A DNA stretch of 64,000 nucleotides from Rhizophagus irregularis (Eukaryota): the NCBI RefSeq assembly GCF_026210795.1, contig NC_089433.1:4278001-4342000 (forward strand), written 5' to 3'. Shown one piece after another: positions 45,515 through 55,785 of this stretch (position 1 is the first letter of the stretch; the number at the start of each line of letters is the position of its first letter). The translations under genes and the position numbers were made by a program. The notes below the pieces were generated by a model. The model was not told the origin of the DNA. It did not search any database and worked only from the letters and a program-made list of their open reading frames with translations.

Positions 45515-46702
45515 TCAAATTCGAACTATTACTTCAAAATTTGTCCTATCAATATATTCTTTCAGTAATTCGCCATTTACTGGTGTTTTCAATATCTTCC
45601 CTTCCATAGTTTTAATTCTGTATGATCCTTTAGAAATTATCTCATGTACATAATAGGGTCCTTTCCATTTTTCTTCTAACTTTCCAGACCATTGTTTTTC
45701 TTTTGCTGCGTCATAATATAGTACTTTATCTCCGATTTGTAATTTCTGCTTTACTCTATTCTTTTTATCATGGTACGATTTTTGTTTTTCCTGAGATTTC
45801 CTGACATTTTCTTTAGCTTGATTCCTAATGTTTGGTAATCCTTCGATCAACCCATTAACTCTCTCTGCCATGGTAATTTCCTTATCTTCTAAATCTAATA
45901 ATGTCTTCATTTGTCTCCCATATATTAAATATCCTGGTTCCATTTTCGTTGAATCATTCCTTTTAGTTCGATACGCGAACAATACTCCTGGTACTTTCAA
46001 ATCCCAATCTTCGATATTACTTAGCTTTGCTAATGATTCACATAATGTCTTATTAAATCTTTCAATTAACCCATTAGTTTTTGGATGATAAGGCGTTGAA
46101 AAGTTATGTTTTATCTGAAATTCCTCCATTAATGATTTCACTAATTTATTATTGAAATGACTCCCTCTATCACTCAATATCTTCTTTGGACATCCATGCC
46201 TACATATTATATCTTCATAAATAAATCTTGCAATTTCCTTAGCATCTGCTGTTTCCAATGCCTTTGCTTCAGGCCATTTTGTAAAATAATCCATCGCTGT
46301 AACTATATATCTATTATTTCTCTTTGTTACTGGTAATGGTCCCACTACATCAATCCCAATTTGATAAAATGGTTCTATAACTTTGATTACATTCAGTTCA
46401 TGTTTTCCTATTGGTTTTCCTCTTCTCTGACAATTATTACATGATTTGACATAAGCTTCCACATCTTTTCTCATCCCTTTCCAATAATACCCATCCTTGA
46501 TCCTATTATACGTTGCATCTATTCCAAAGTGTCCTGATAATTCATGATCATGAGCTATGTACATTAATCCTTCAAATTCGTATTTTCTTATCACTCTTAG
46601 TCTTTTCTCATCTTTTATTTTGTAAATTAATCCTCCTATAATTTCATATTCCCGTTCGTCGTTGATATTCCTCGCTATCCTATTATATTCTTCCTCTTCC
46701 AT
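45515..46702 (-). CDS. Ty3/gypsy integrase (H2C2 finger, rve core, GPY/SH3-like tail) as a separate ORF
   Basis: HDHELSGHFG...CNNC; GIDVVGP; SDRGSHF; GLIERFN; WKGPY. Confidence 0.95.
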   Translation of the reverse strand: MEEEEYNRIARNINDEREYEIIGGLIYKIKDEKRLRVIRKYEFEGLMYIAHDHELSGHFGIDATYNRIKDGYYWKGMRKDVEAYVKSCNNCQRRGKPIGKHELNVIKVIEPFYQIGIDVVGPLPVTKRNNRYIVTAMDYFTKWPEAKALETADAKEIARFIYEDIICRHGCPKKILSDRGSHFNNKLVKSLMEEFQIKHNFSTPYHPKTNGLIERFNKTLCESLAKLSNIEDWDLKVPGVLFAYRTKRNDSTKMEPGYLIYGRQMKTLLDLEDKEITMAERVNGLIEGLPNIRNQAKENVRKSQEKQKSYHDKKNRVKQKLQIGDKVLYYDAAKEKQWSGKLEEKWKGPYYVHEIISKGSYRIKTMEGKILKTPVNGELLKEYIDRTNFEVIVRI

Positions 46703-46932
46703 GTCTATGTTGTAATTCTAAAAGCTAAAGTGTTGTAAAAGGTTGAAATGTTATAAAAGGTTGAAGTGTTGTAAAAATTAAGGTGTTGTAAAAATTAAGG
46801 TGTTGTAAAAATAAAGCGTCGTGATAACTGTTCCATATATTTTTAATTTTCATCTCTTGATTTATTTTTGATCCTTGGTATTTCTATCCTTCTTATATAT
46901 TTTTCATTCCCTACAATCAATTTAGATCGTAC

Positions 46933-47184
46933 TCATCCTAATCCTTTTTCTATTGGTCTTTCTTCTATTATCATATTGTTTCCATCTTCCATAATTAATT
47001 TCACCTTTTTCTCTTTTAGTCTTATTATAATGTGTACATCTACTAGTATGAAGTCTTCTTCTTCTTCAATCCTTAAATGGATAATTGTTTCGTTCTCTTC
47101 TTCTTTTATGGTCACTTTCCATATCTTATCGACCTTTACTCGATAAGTAAGAAACCAATTCATATAACAATCTCCTAATACCAT
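46933..47184 (-). CDS. Hypothetical 83-aa ORF between the kinase domain and integrase
   Basis: ATG-initiated, same strand and purine-rich codon style as its neighbours; no recognised motif. Confidence 0.4.
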   Translation of the reverse strand: MVLGDCYMNWFLTYRVKVDKIWKVTIKEEENETIIHLRIEEEEDFILVDVHIIIRLKEKKVKLIMEDGNNMIIEERPIEKGLG

Positions 47185-47199
47185 TTTGGAAATATAATT

Positions 47200-49533
47200 T
47201 TAAGCTCTTTGGTGTTTTTCTATCTCCTTATATACTTTTCTCCAACTACTATCGTCATTCCTAACTTCAATTTGACTGTATCTTTTGGTATCTTTGTATA
47301 CATCCTGGTTTTCTTTAAACATTTTAACCATGTCCAAATATTCATTTTTCTTTAATGTTGGGTATGACGATTTCTCCATTTTCTTCGTTTCTCTTCCAAT
47401 ATAATTTTCCCAACATACATCACCATCTTTTTCCAAAAATATCACTATTGATTCATCTATTGTTCCTTTTAATCTGAATATTTCTTTTTCCATCTCATGG
47501 TTCCCATGTGGAGTAATTAATCCTCTGTTGAAACTTTTCGTCTTCTGATAATAATATTCGCAATATGGCGATTTGTCTAGAATTATTATATCCGTATCTT
47601 CATCATATTCTAACATTCTTCTGTTTATTTGTTCTACTACTTCCTTTCTAAATTTCCATTCTGTTTCTAATTTTGATTCGTGAAATTCACCTTTGTCTTT
47701 TCTTCTCCTTTTGAATGTATTAAATCTTACTTTTAATCCTTGCTTTTCCCACTCTTTAATCAAATTTTGTACTATACTTGTTTTTCCTAATCCATCCACT
47801 CCGTCGATTATAATAACTTGTGGCTTATTTTCTCTTCCCAATTTCTTTAATAATTCTTTTTCTGTCCTTTCCTCCAAATTCAAAAGTATTGCTTCTTTAT
47901 CGGTAAAATATTTTTCATCATCCCATCTCCCTTTGAATCTTTTAACATTATACCATTTATTCCTAAATTTGATATATCTCAATTTCCCCTTATTACTTTC
48001 TATTTTTGTTATTTCTTGATTCTCGTTCCTTTCTGTTTCTTTTTCTTTAAATCTCAGTCTTGATAATCCATCTGCATTTTTAATTTTCTTTCCACTTCTA
48101 TGTACTATTTTAAAATCAAATTGTTGTAATTTCATTACCCATCTTGCTCTCCTTCCCGTTTGTTCCTTTCCATCTGTTAATCCTTTTAATGCTGCGTGAT
48201 CTGTTATCACTATAAATTTCCTTCCTACTAAATATTTCTGAAAATGTTGTATTCCCCAAAATACCGCTAAGCATTCCAATTCTGTTGGTGGATAATTCTT
48301 CTCTGCTCCAACTGTACTCCTACTTGCGTAAGCTATTACAACCTCTTTATTTTCTTCATTCATTTGAGCTAACACTGCTCCTAATCCTATCTTAGATCCA
48401 TCAGTTATCAATATAAATTCTCTGCTGAAATCCGGATATACTAAAATTGGATTTTCTGTCAATTTTGTCCTTAATACGTCAAATGCTTCTTGTTGTTCTT
48501 CTTTCCATTCAAACTTTTCATTCTTTCTTGTTAAGTTAAGCAAAGGTTTTGCTATCTTCGAAAAACCTTTTATAAATCTCCTATAATATGAACATAATCC
48601 TGAAAATGATCTTACTTCTGTGACAGTTTTCGGCCTCCTCATATTTTCTATTTTCTCAACTTTCTCTTTATCCGGTCGCAATCCATCTCTTCCTACTATA
48701 TGCCCTAAGAAATTTATATTTCTCAATCCAAACTGACATTTCTTCAATTTCACAATCATATTATTCTCTCTCAATTTACTCAATACTTTATCTACATGTT
48801 CTATATGCTCCTCAAAATCTTCTGAATAAATCATTATATCATCTAAATACACTGTAACAAATTCTCCTATATATTCTTTTAATATTTTATCCATTAATCT
48901 CTGAAATGTTCCTGGTGCATTCTTCAATCCAAATGGCATAACATTGTATTCATATAATCCTTGTGAACAAATGAATGCTGTTTTCTCTTTATCTTCTTCT
49001 GCCATTTCTACTTGATGATATCCTGCTGCTAAGTCCAAACTTGTGAACCAACTTCCCTTTCTAAATTTTTCTAACAATTCGTCTATCCGGGGTAAAGGAT
49101 ATTCATCTGACTTTGTCACATTATTTAGCTTTCTATAATCTATACAAAATCTATAATTTCCAGTTTTCTTTCCTGCTAACGTTACTGGAGATGCCCAATT
49201 ACTCCATGATTCTCTTATCTTCCCCATCTTTAACAATTGTTCAATTTCTTTCTTTATAAACTTTCCTTTTTCATCAGTTTCTTTATATCTCTTTTGTGCT
49301 ATTGGTCCTTGATTTTCTTCAATTATTATTTCATGTTTAACTGTATTTATCCTTCCCAGTTTCTCTTCGTCATATTCGAATATATCTTCATATTCCCTTA
49401 TCAATTTTTCAAATGCTATTCTCTCCTCATCGCTCATTTCTCCCAGATGTGTTTTCTTTTCAAATTTTTCTTCTTTGCTCTCATTTAGCATCTTTACCGT
49501 CTCTCCTTCATTCAGAAAGCCAAGACCATTCAT
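47200..49533 (-). CDS. Reverse transcriptase-RNase H fused to a thymidylate/deoxynucleoside-kinase-like P-loop domain
   Basis: RT: RFCIDYRKLN, DLAAGYHQ, MPFGL, YLDD. RNase H: TDGS, ELE, TDH, NADGLSR. Then VIIIDGVDGLGKTS and IILDKSPYCEYYYQ. Confidence 0.92.
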   Translation of the reverse strand: MNGLGFLNEGETVKMLNESKEEKFEKKTHLGEMSDEERIAFEKLIREYEDIFEYDEEKLGRINTVKHEIIIEENQGPIAQKRYKETDEKGKFIKKEIEQLLKMGKIRESWSNWASPVTLAGKKTGNYRFCIDYRKLNNVTKSDEYPLPRIDELLEKFRKGSWFTSLDLAAGYHQVEMAEEDKEKTAFICSQGLYEYNVMPFGLKNAPGTFQRLMDKILKEYIGEFVTVYLDDIMIYSEDFEEHIEHVDKVLSKLRENNMIVKLKKCQFGLRNINFLGHIVGRDGLRPDKEKVEKIENMRRPKTVTEVRSFSGLCSYYRRFIKGFSKIAKPLLNLTRKNEKFEWKEEQQEAFDVLRTKLTENPILVYPDFSREFILITDGSKIGLGAVLAQMNEENKEVVIAYASRSTVGAEKNYPPTELECLAVFWGIQHFQKYLVGRKFIVITDHAALKGLTDGKEQTGRRARWVMKLQQFDFKIVHRSGKKIKNADGLSRLRFKEKETERNENQEITKIESNKGKLRYIKFRNKWYNVKRFKGRWDDEKYFTDKEAILLNLEERTEKELLKKLGRENKPQVIIIDGVDGLGKTSIVQNLIKEWEKQGLKVRFNTFKRRRKDKGEFHESKLETEWKFRKEVVEQINRRMLEYDEDTDIIILDKSPYCEYYYQKTKSFNRGLITPHGNHEMEKEIFRLKGTIDESIVIFLEKDGDVCWENYIGRETKKMEKSSYPTLKKNEYLDMVKMFKENQDVYKDTKRYSQIEVRNDDSSWRKVYKEIEKHQRA

Positions 49534-50135
49534 TTTTCCTCATCCCTCTTTTCTCTATCAGTTTTTACAATCGATAACAACTCTTCTTTTTCCATCTCCT
49601 CATATTCATCTTCACCCCCTGACTCTTCACTAGAATTGCCATCTATATCATCTATATTCTTTGGATCTCCATTAAATTCACCCCTATTCCCTGACTTCTC
49701 AAATTCAACATTTTTCTTTCCTCTAAAATCAATTGGTATTTCATATATTCCATTATCCCATTCTATTGTTAATAGACCTTCTTTCATATTTATTATCCCA
49801 TATCTTAATAAATCAGTTCCTAATATTAAATCTCTTCTTCTCGAGTCGATTACTTCGAACTCCAAAGGTATTTCTAAATTTTCATCAATTTCTATTCTAA
49901 TTTCCACTCTTCCTAATGAAGCTATGTTATTTCCATCTGCTATTGTTAATACGACATTACTTTCCTTCGTTATTGGTATATTTAATTCTTTTCTCAGTTC
50001 ATTCGTTATTACTGAAGGTCCTGCTCCTGTATCAACTAATGCTCTAATCATTTTTCCCTCAATTATTATATTACATCTTGTTGCTTGTGATTTTTCTTCT
50101 TTCTGATTAATATTCTTTAATTCCCCCGAGTGTAG
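49530..50135 (-). CDS. Gypsy aspartic protease, in frame with Gag behind a TGA-CTA stop
   Basis: IRALVDTGAGPSVI...LILGTDLL; open and in frame up to the Gag stop at 50136-50138. Confidence 0.88.
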   Translation of the reverse strand, partial: LHSGELKNINQKEEKSQATRCNIIIEGKMIRALVDTGAGPSVITNELRKELNIPITKESNVVLTIADGNNIASLGRVEIRIEIDENLEIPLEFEVIDSRRRDLILGTDLLRYGIINMKEGLLTIEWDNGIYEIPIDFRGKKNVEFEKSGNRGEFNGDPKNIDDIDGNSSEESGGEDEYEEMEKEELLSIVKTDREKRDEEK

Positions 50136-51050
50136 TCAATATCTCAAACCATTTAATAATTTCTTCCTTACTTCTGGTCTTTCATTCATCATTTGTCCCC
50201 AATTAATTGGTACGCTTGAATTTACAAATTGTTCAAATGGATCAAAATCTCCAACATTTGGTATATTTCGATTTAACTTCACTTTCTCGTTTGTACATTC
50301 TCTAGCAAAATGTCCTTGTTGTCCACAATTGTGACACCTATTATTATTCTTTCTAGTTTCATATCCTTTCTGTAATTGTTCTTTTGTAAAACCCCTCTTA
50401 TTATTCTCCTGTGCTTTTTGCTGTTGTCCTTGCCATTGTGCATTTCTTCTTCTATCTCTTTCATCGTTCATAACCTTGTCTTTATTTCTTTCACTCTTTC
50501 TAGGTGGTACTGGAAACATATCATATCTCTCCTCATCTTCATAGTTATTCACTTCGTATCCATCGAATCCATTATTATAGTTATCATATCCACCACCCTC
50601 ATTATATCCATCATATTCATCATTATATTCCACATTATACACATTATATCCTTCACCATAATATTCTTCATCAAGGTAATTAACTTGATTATTTTGGCTA
50701 TATGACCCTTTATTATTTCCTCCATATGATCTTCTTTGACCTTCCCTACAAACTCTAGAAGTATGTCCTTTTCTTCCACATGTATAGCAAGTCATTCTAT
50801 CCCAGTTCATATTATTTCTTTGGACATTATTATTTCCGATCGGTCTCCTATCATTCCCATTCCTTTGCATTACATATGCTTCATTTCTCTGCATTACATG
50901 TGCTTCCAACCTTTTTATTCCATTAATTAACTCATCCCATTCATCACTTTTAACTTCTTTATTTTGTAATTCTTTCGCAATTGGATTCATTCCTTTATAC
51001 TTATTTGTCTCTTCTTTCAAAATTTCTTCCATGTTTTTCTCTTGTCCTAC
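50136..51050 (-). CDS. Gypsy Gag C-terminal part with two CCHC zinc knuckles
   Basis: CYTCGRKGHTSRVC and CHNCGQQGHFAREC; in frame with the upstream ORF across a TGA at 51051-51053. Confidence 0.88.
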   Translation of the reverse strand, partial: VGQEKNMEEILKEETNKYKGMNPIAKELQNKEVKSDEWDELINGIKRLEAHVMQRNEAYVMQRNGNDRRPIGNNNVQRNNMNWDRMTCYTCGRKGHTSRVCREGQRRSYGGNNKGSYSQNNQVNYLDEEYYGEGYNVYNVEYNDEYDGYNEGGGYDNYNNGFDGYEVNNYEDEERYDMFPVPPRKSERNKDKVMNDERDRRRNAQWQGQQQKAQENNKRGFTKEQLQKGYETRKNNNRCHNCGQQGHFARECTNEKVKLNRNIPNVGDFDPFEQFVNSSVPINWGQMMNERPEVRKKLLNGLRY

Positions 51051-54000
51051 TCATTTCATATCCAACCCTGTTGTTTTCATTAACAATTCATCTTTTGCTT
51101 CCTCTTCTCTTTTTGCTTCGTTAACTGCATCATTCAGATTCGTCGGATTACTTCTCCTAACATGATAACCTAGCATGGCATCTAACCCTTGAATAAAATA
51201 ATTCACTTGGTATAAATCATCTAACGCATGACCTCTAGTTGCAACTCTTAATATTGACCTAAATCTTCTAATATATTCTTCAACACTTTCATTTGTTCCC
51301 TGTTTAATTCTTGTTAATTCTAACATTTTTCTTCTTTGAACATCATTCCTAGTAAATCTGTCGATTAATCCTCTTTTTAAATTCCTGTCCTCATTATGGT
51401 CACACCAATTCACTAAATTAGCTGCTACCCTTTCTTTTTCCTCATTATACCATTGTAATGCAATTCCTCTTAAACAAGTTATAGCTATGTTTGCCTTATT
51501 TTGTCTACATACACCTCCTCCAACATTTCCTTCTGGTCGTCCACTTACTGTAAATGCTATCTCAAATTGTCTAATCCAATCATTAATATCTTCATCCTCT
51601 TTTCCACTAAAAGTTGGCATACCTACTATTCCCCCCATTCCTGCAGTCTGAATCCTATCCGCCAAAGTCTGTCCTGCTCCTAACGCATTATCTAATGCAT
51701 TTGGTGCCAATCCCATAGCATTCTCCATTATTCTTCTTATTTGTGCTTCATTTGCCATATTTACTATATTCTCTTGAAATAATTCTTGTAAATTGTAATC
51801 AGATATTTCACTTTCTGTGTCAGAATTTTTAAAATTTAATGAACTATTCGAATCTGAATTTTGATTCAGACCAAAACCTCCTGTATTTATAACATTTTCG
51901 ATTTCATTTTCAGATTCTTCTTCTTCAAAATCTTCATCACTTCCGTCCCATATTTCATCCGGACTTAATATTTCTCCAATCTTTTCTGAATTATCCGTAT
52001 TGTCTTCTTCTGATTCTTCATTATCACTCTTTTCACCACTTTCTTCACTATCCATTACTCCTGCTTGTTCTTTCAACAACTTATCTAACTTTTTCTTCAA
52101 TTCTTTTTCCGACTCATTCTTATTTTCTTGAAAGATTTCAATGAATTCTTTATCTAAAATTTCTCCATCTGTATATCCCATACTAGTTAATCTTAACAAT
52201 TCTTCTTCAGTTATCATTGTTCCAATATCTTCAAAAATCTTTTGCAATCTTTTTACCCGATCATCAATTTCATCAATATCTTCTTCCTCACAATCTTTGC
52301 ATATAGTTCCTTCTAATCTAAACATATCATTCATCCATCTTATTTCGCATCTTTCGCACCAGGTTGTGTTCTCATTTAACCATTTGTGCACCTCTTTTCT
52401 TAACTCTCTATCTTCTAATTCTATTATCCCCATATACCTTTCTATGAATCCTTCTGTTACTATTATTCGATTATTAACTCCAAAATTTTTTATTCTTTGA
52501 ATTTCCGATACATCTATTTCGTATCCTAATTTTTCTAAGTTGTTTTTTAGTTCTATTAATTCATCTTGTTCATCTTCCCGTATTTCCCGATTACATTCTT
52601 CACATCTGCCGTCTTCTTCCGATATCACATAATCTAATTTCTGTTTATTGCATCTACCACATATTTTTGTACTCAAATCTATCCACTCCTTTATGTCTTC
52701 AGACTTATCAAATTTCCCCTCCTGAAAAATATAATATCTTATAAAATCATATGTCAACAGTACTCCCGTCTCTATCTTTTCTTTTATTCCAAATTTCATT
52801 ATTTCTCTGATGAATTCTTCTTTTGGATTTACCATCAGTTGTCTTAATCCTGTCCTTATTTCACTTAACTTCCACGTTTTATCTTCTACTATTATTTCTA
52901 TTTCTTCTTCAGAATCATACATTTCATTATCTTCTTCTTGCTTTATCTCCACTAACTTGAATTTTTGTGTTCTTTCCATTGTTTCTTTTAAATCTGTTAC
53001 AACCCATTCTATTACACCATCATCTATTCTCAATATGATAGGATTTCTTGTATATATATCTTCGCTATCTTTAAATGTCATACTATCCATTAGTTTTCTT
53101 ACAGTATCTTCTTGCAAATTTTCTCCCTCAGATAACATCTTCTCGAACCATTCTGGTGAATCATTTTCATGATATGTATGTATTTGTTTACCTTCATATT
53201 TGTCATTCCACCAGTACCTAAATCTTTCAAATCTAAGATATAAACTCGTGTTAAAATTCTTTTTCATTTCGTAACTTTCTAAACTATCTTCGCTTTCTGA
53301 ATCTTCTGGTTCTTTTATAAAGCCCCTAGTATCTATAAATATTCTTATTATCTTTTGTACCATATTCCTGTGATATTCGTGAACATTTTCTATGTCTATA
53401 TTCCCATATTCCATATTGGACATTAATTCTTTTACTTTCTCCTCATTCGTAGCTATTCCTTCTTCTTCATAAAGTAATTCCCTGAAGGTCTTTATTGCTC
53501 CCATCTTTACCCGTAATGGTTTAACTTCTTTCGATGTGATCTTGTACCATTGCCAAAATTTTTTAAACCTTCTTTCAACATCCCAATCTTCCAAAATATA
53601 TTTGTGTTCTATTAATTCAGGATTCCCAATTAATCTATCAAATACTTCATTCTCTAAATCTCCTTCAATACAATCTCTTACAATTACTAATATAATTGTT
53701 CGTAATCCTTTTTCTTTCATTTTTGGTTGTATTCTATATCTTATTGATTCTGTTATTCTATCCATTATGTCTCTACATTTTCCCTTGTGTATTGTATCTT
53801 CTCTTTCTGAATTATCCATACTTAATAAATCTATTACTCCCTTGATCGTTACATTATTATATATTATTATTGTATCTTCGAACTTAAATAATGCATCCCA
53901 AAATTTCTTGAATACCATTGGTTCATTTCCTATCGGATGACATAATTCACAATTTAAACATTCATCTAATTCTCCCATTCTTAACTCATGTTCTTCTTTA

Positions 54001-54053
54001 TGTATCCTATATTCACTTTCCCATTGATGGTACCATTCCATCGTATACTCCAA
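51051..54053 (-). CDS. Gypsy Gag: ~765-aa acidic, Cys-motif N-terminal extension plus capsid domain
   Basis: MPTFSGKEDEDINDWIRQF, CLRGIALQWY, KQGTNESVEEYIRRF, FIQGL at the C-terminus; paired CxxC motifs upstream. Confidence 0.88.
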   Translation of the reverse strand: MEYTMEWYHQWESEYRIHKEEHELRMGELDECLNCELCHPIGNEPMVFKKFWDALFKFEDTIIIYNNVTIKGVIDLLSMDNSEREDTIHKGKCRDIMDRITESIRYRIQPKMKEKGLRTIILVIVRDCIEGDLENEVFDRLIGNPELIEHKYILEDWDVERRFKKFWQWYKITSKEVKPLRVKMGAIKTFRELLYEEEGIATNEEKVKELMSNMEYGNIDIENVHEYHRNMVQKIIRIFIDTRGFIKEPEDSESEDSLESYEMKKNFNTSLYLRFERFRYWWNDKYEGKQIHTYHENDSPEWFEKMLSEGENLQEDTVRKLMDSMTFKDSEDIYTRNPIILRIDDGVIEWVVTDLKETMERTQKFKLVEIKQEEDNEMYDSEEEIEIIVEDKTWKLSEIRTGLRQLMVNPKEEFIREIMKFGIKEKIETGVLLTYDFIRYYIFQEGKFDKSEDIKEWIDLSTKICGRCNKQKLDYVISEEDGRCEECNREIREDEQDELIELKNNLEKLGYEIDVSEIQRIKNFGVNNRIIVTEGFIERYMGIIELEDRELRKEVHKWLNENTTWCERCEIRWMNDMFRLEGTICKDCEEEDIDEIDDRVKRLQKIFEDIGTMITEEELLRLTSMGYTDGEILDKEFIEIFQENKNESEKELKKKLDKLLKEQAGVMDSEESGEKSDNEESEEDNTDNSEKIGEILSPDEIWDGSDEDFEEEESENEIENVINTGGFGLNQNSDSNSSLNFKNSDTESEISDYNLQELFQENIVNMANEAQIRRIMENAMGLAPNALDNALGAGQTLADRIQTAGMGGIVGMPTFSGKEDEDINDWIRQFEIAFTVSGRPEGNVGGGVCRQNKANIAITCLRGIALQWYNEEKERVAANLVNWCDHNEDRNLKRGLIDRFTRNDVQRRKMLELTRIKQGTNESVEEYIRRFRSILRVATRGHALDDLYQVNYFIQGLDAMLGYHVRRSNPTNLNDAVNEAKREEEAKDELLMKTTGLDMK

Positions 54054-55768
54054 TTAAATTATTATAAATATTCATCCAGAATTCAAATTGAAATTCCACT
54101 CTCTTATATATCATTTTTATCGCTTCTATTTTGATCTTCTAACCATCCTTTACTATATTGTCCTTTCCTATTACCTATATTGAATGTATAATCTTTCTTT
54201 CATTATGAATATTCATTTAACAACTTATTTTTTTTTCTAAATCTTTTACTTATTCATAATATTCTTATATTAATCTTTCAATCTTTAAATCCTCTTTTTT
54301 TTTTTGATTTTCACAAGTTTCTTCTGCTATTCTTATCTTTCATAATTTCATGTATATATTTTACTGCGCCATTAATTCAAAAATTATTCTAAGTCCACAA
54401 TCTCCTCAGACTGCGGAGGTTTTTATTGCGCATTCTAAAAATTCCAAAAATTTTCTAAGTTTTTACTGCGCCTCAAAATTTTCTTTTATCATCAAAATTT
54501 GTAATTTTCGCATTTCACGAACTTCAAAATTCTCATAACTTCTAAAGTTTGTGAATTTTTAGTTCTTTTTCATTATATATGTAATCTTTACATCTATATA
54601 TTCAATATTACGCAAAATATCTTCTTTGTTTAATCTTGTACTAATTCTTATTATCACCATTATGTCGACACACAACATATTATACTTTATGCGACACACG
54701 CATTTACACTTATGCGACACACGCATTTACACTTATGCGACACACGCATTTATACTTATTTAACGGTGTTTCTTCTTATTTATTATCTTTTACAATTTAA
54801 TAACCTATACTCGGCTTGCCTTTACCTTCACAATGAAGTATAGTAGTTTCGAGGTTTGCTATTCACATTTTATCATTTGACCAGCAAATATTCCTAAATT
54901 TCGCATTATTCCATAACGTTCATCTTCTTTTCGTGAGTTCAATTGCGCATTTCCCTAAATGCTTTCAGTTTTATCTGAAGAAGTTATACTCACGATGGTT
55001 TCTCTTTTTGCCTTGTGAATTCAATTACGCATTTTCAAAATGCTTTCAGTAGGGAGATGTTCCACTCACGTCTGAGTCCAATTATTTCAATTCCCATCTG
55101 AAGAAGTTATATTCACAGCCGGTGTTTTTGTAATAGGTTCCCACGTAACCCTTGTGTTTTAAATAGGTTCCCACGCAACCCTTGTGTTTTGGTAACAGGT
55201 TCCCACGTAACCCTTGAGTTTATAGCTTACTCGTCAACTTTTCGTTACAACATTGTATCCCCAGGAACTTCTGGCATCTGCAAAATACAATGGTGCCCCT
55301 CCCAGAATACCACATCTTACGAGGGCTTCCTTAATTTCTCGGTTTTACAATTATTAGCGTGAAAACTTCAAAGATGACAACTTTTGTGACTTACTACAAT
55401 ACTTTCCGGATTTTCCTGTAATAAATCTATTATTTTGAAACGAGTTCATTATATTCCATCATATCACCGCATCCTTCTTTTTATAATTCCTAAGGTAGGT
55501 GTACAATATCGCTATTTTGCCCGTTCCCATTTTAAAGTTTTTCAGGTACTTACAACCTTTTTCCCAAATATTATATTTTAATTCTAACACCTCTTTTTCT
55601 GAGTTCAGATTCTTCGGAATACCACGTCGGTACCATGATCGGAACGATCCTTCCCTTCGCGAGTGATCAATTCACTTAGTTGTTAACCGTTTCCTTCTTA
55701 ATACCGCATAGGTACTTGACTATAAGAAGATAGTCAAAATGTCAACGCAAAGTCAACATTTCCTTTCT

Positions 55769-55782
55769 CGGAGCATGCACCA
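55769..55782 (-). promoter_or_regulatory. Primer-binding site (possibly tRNA-Gly)
   Basis: Minus strand TGGTGCATGCTCCG begins 3 nt after the 5' LTR; the tRNA identity is an inference from the ...UGCACCA 3' end. Confidence 0.65.
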
Positions 55783-55785
55783 AAT

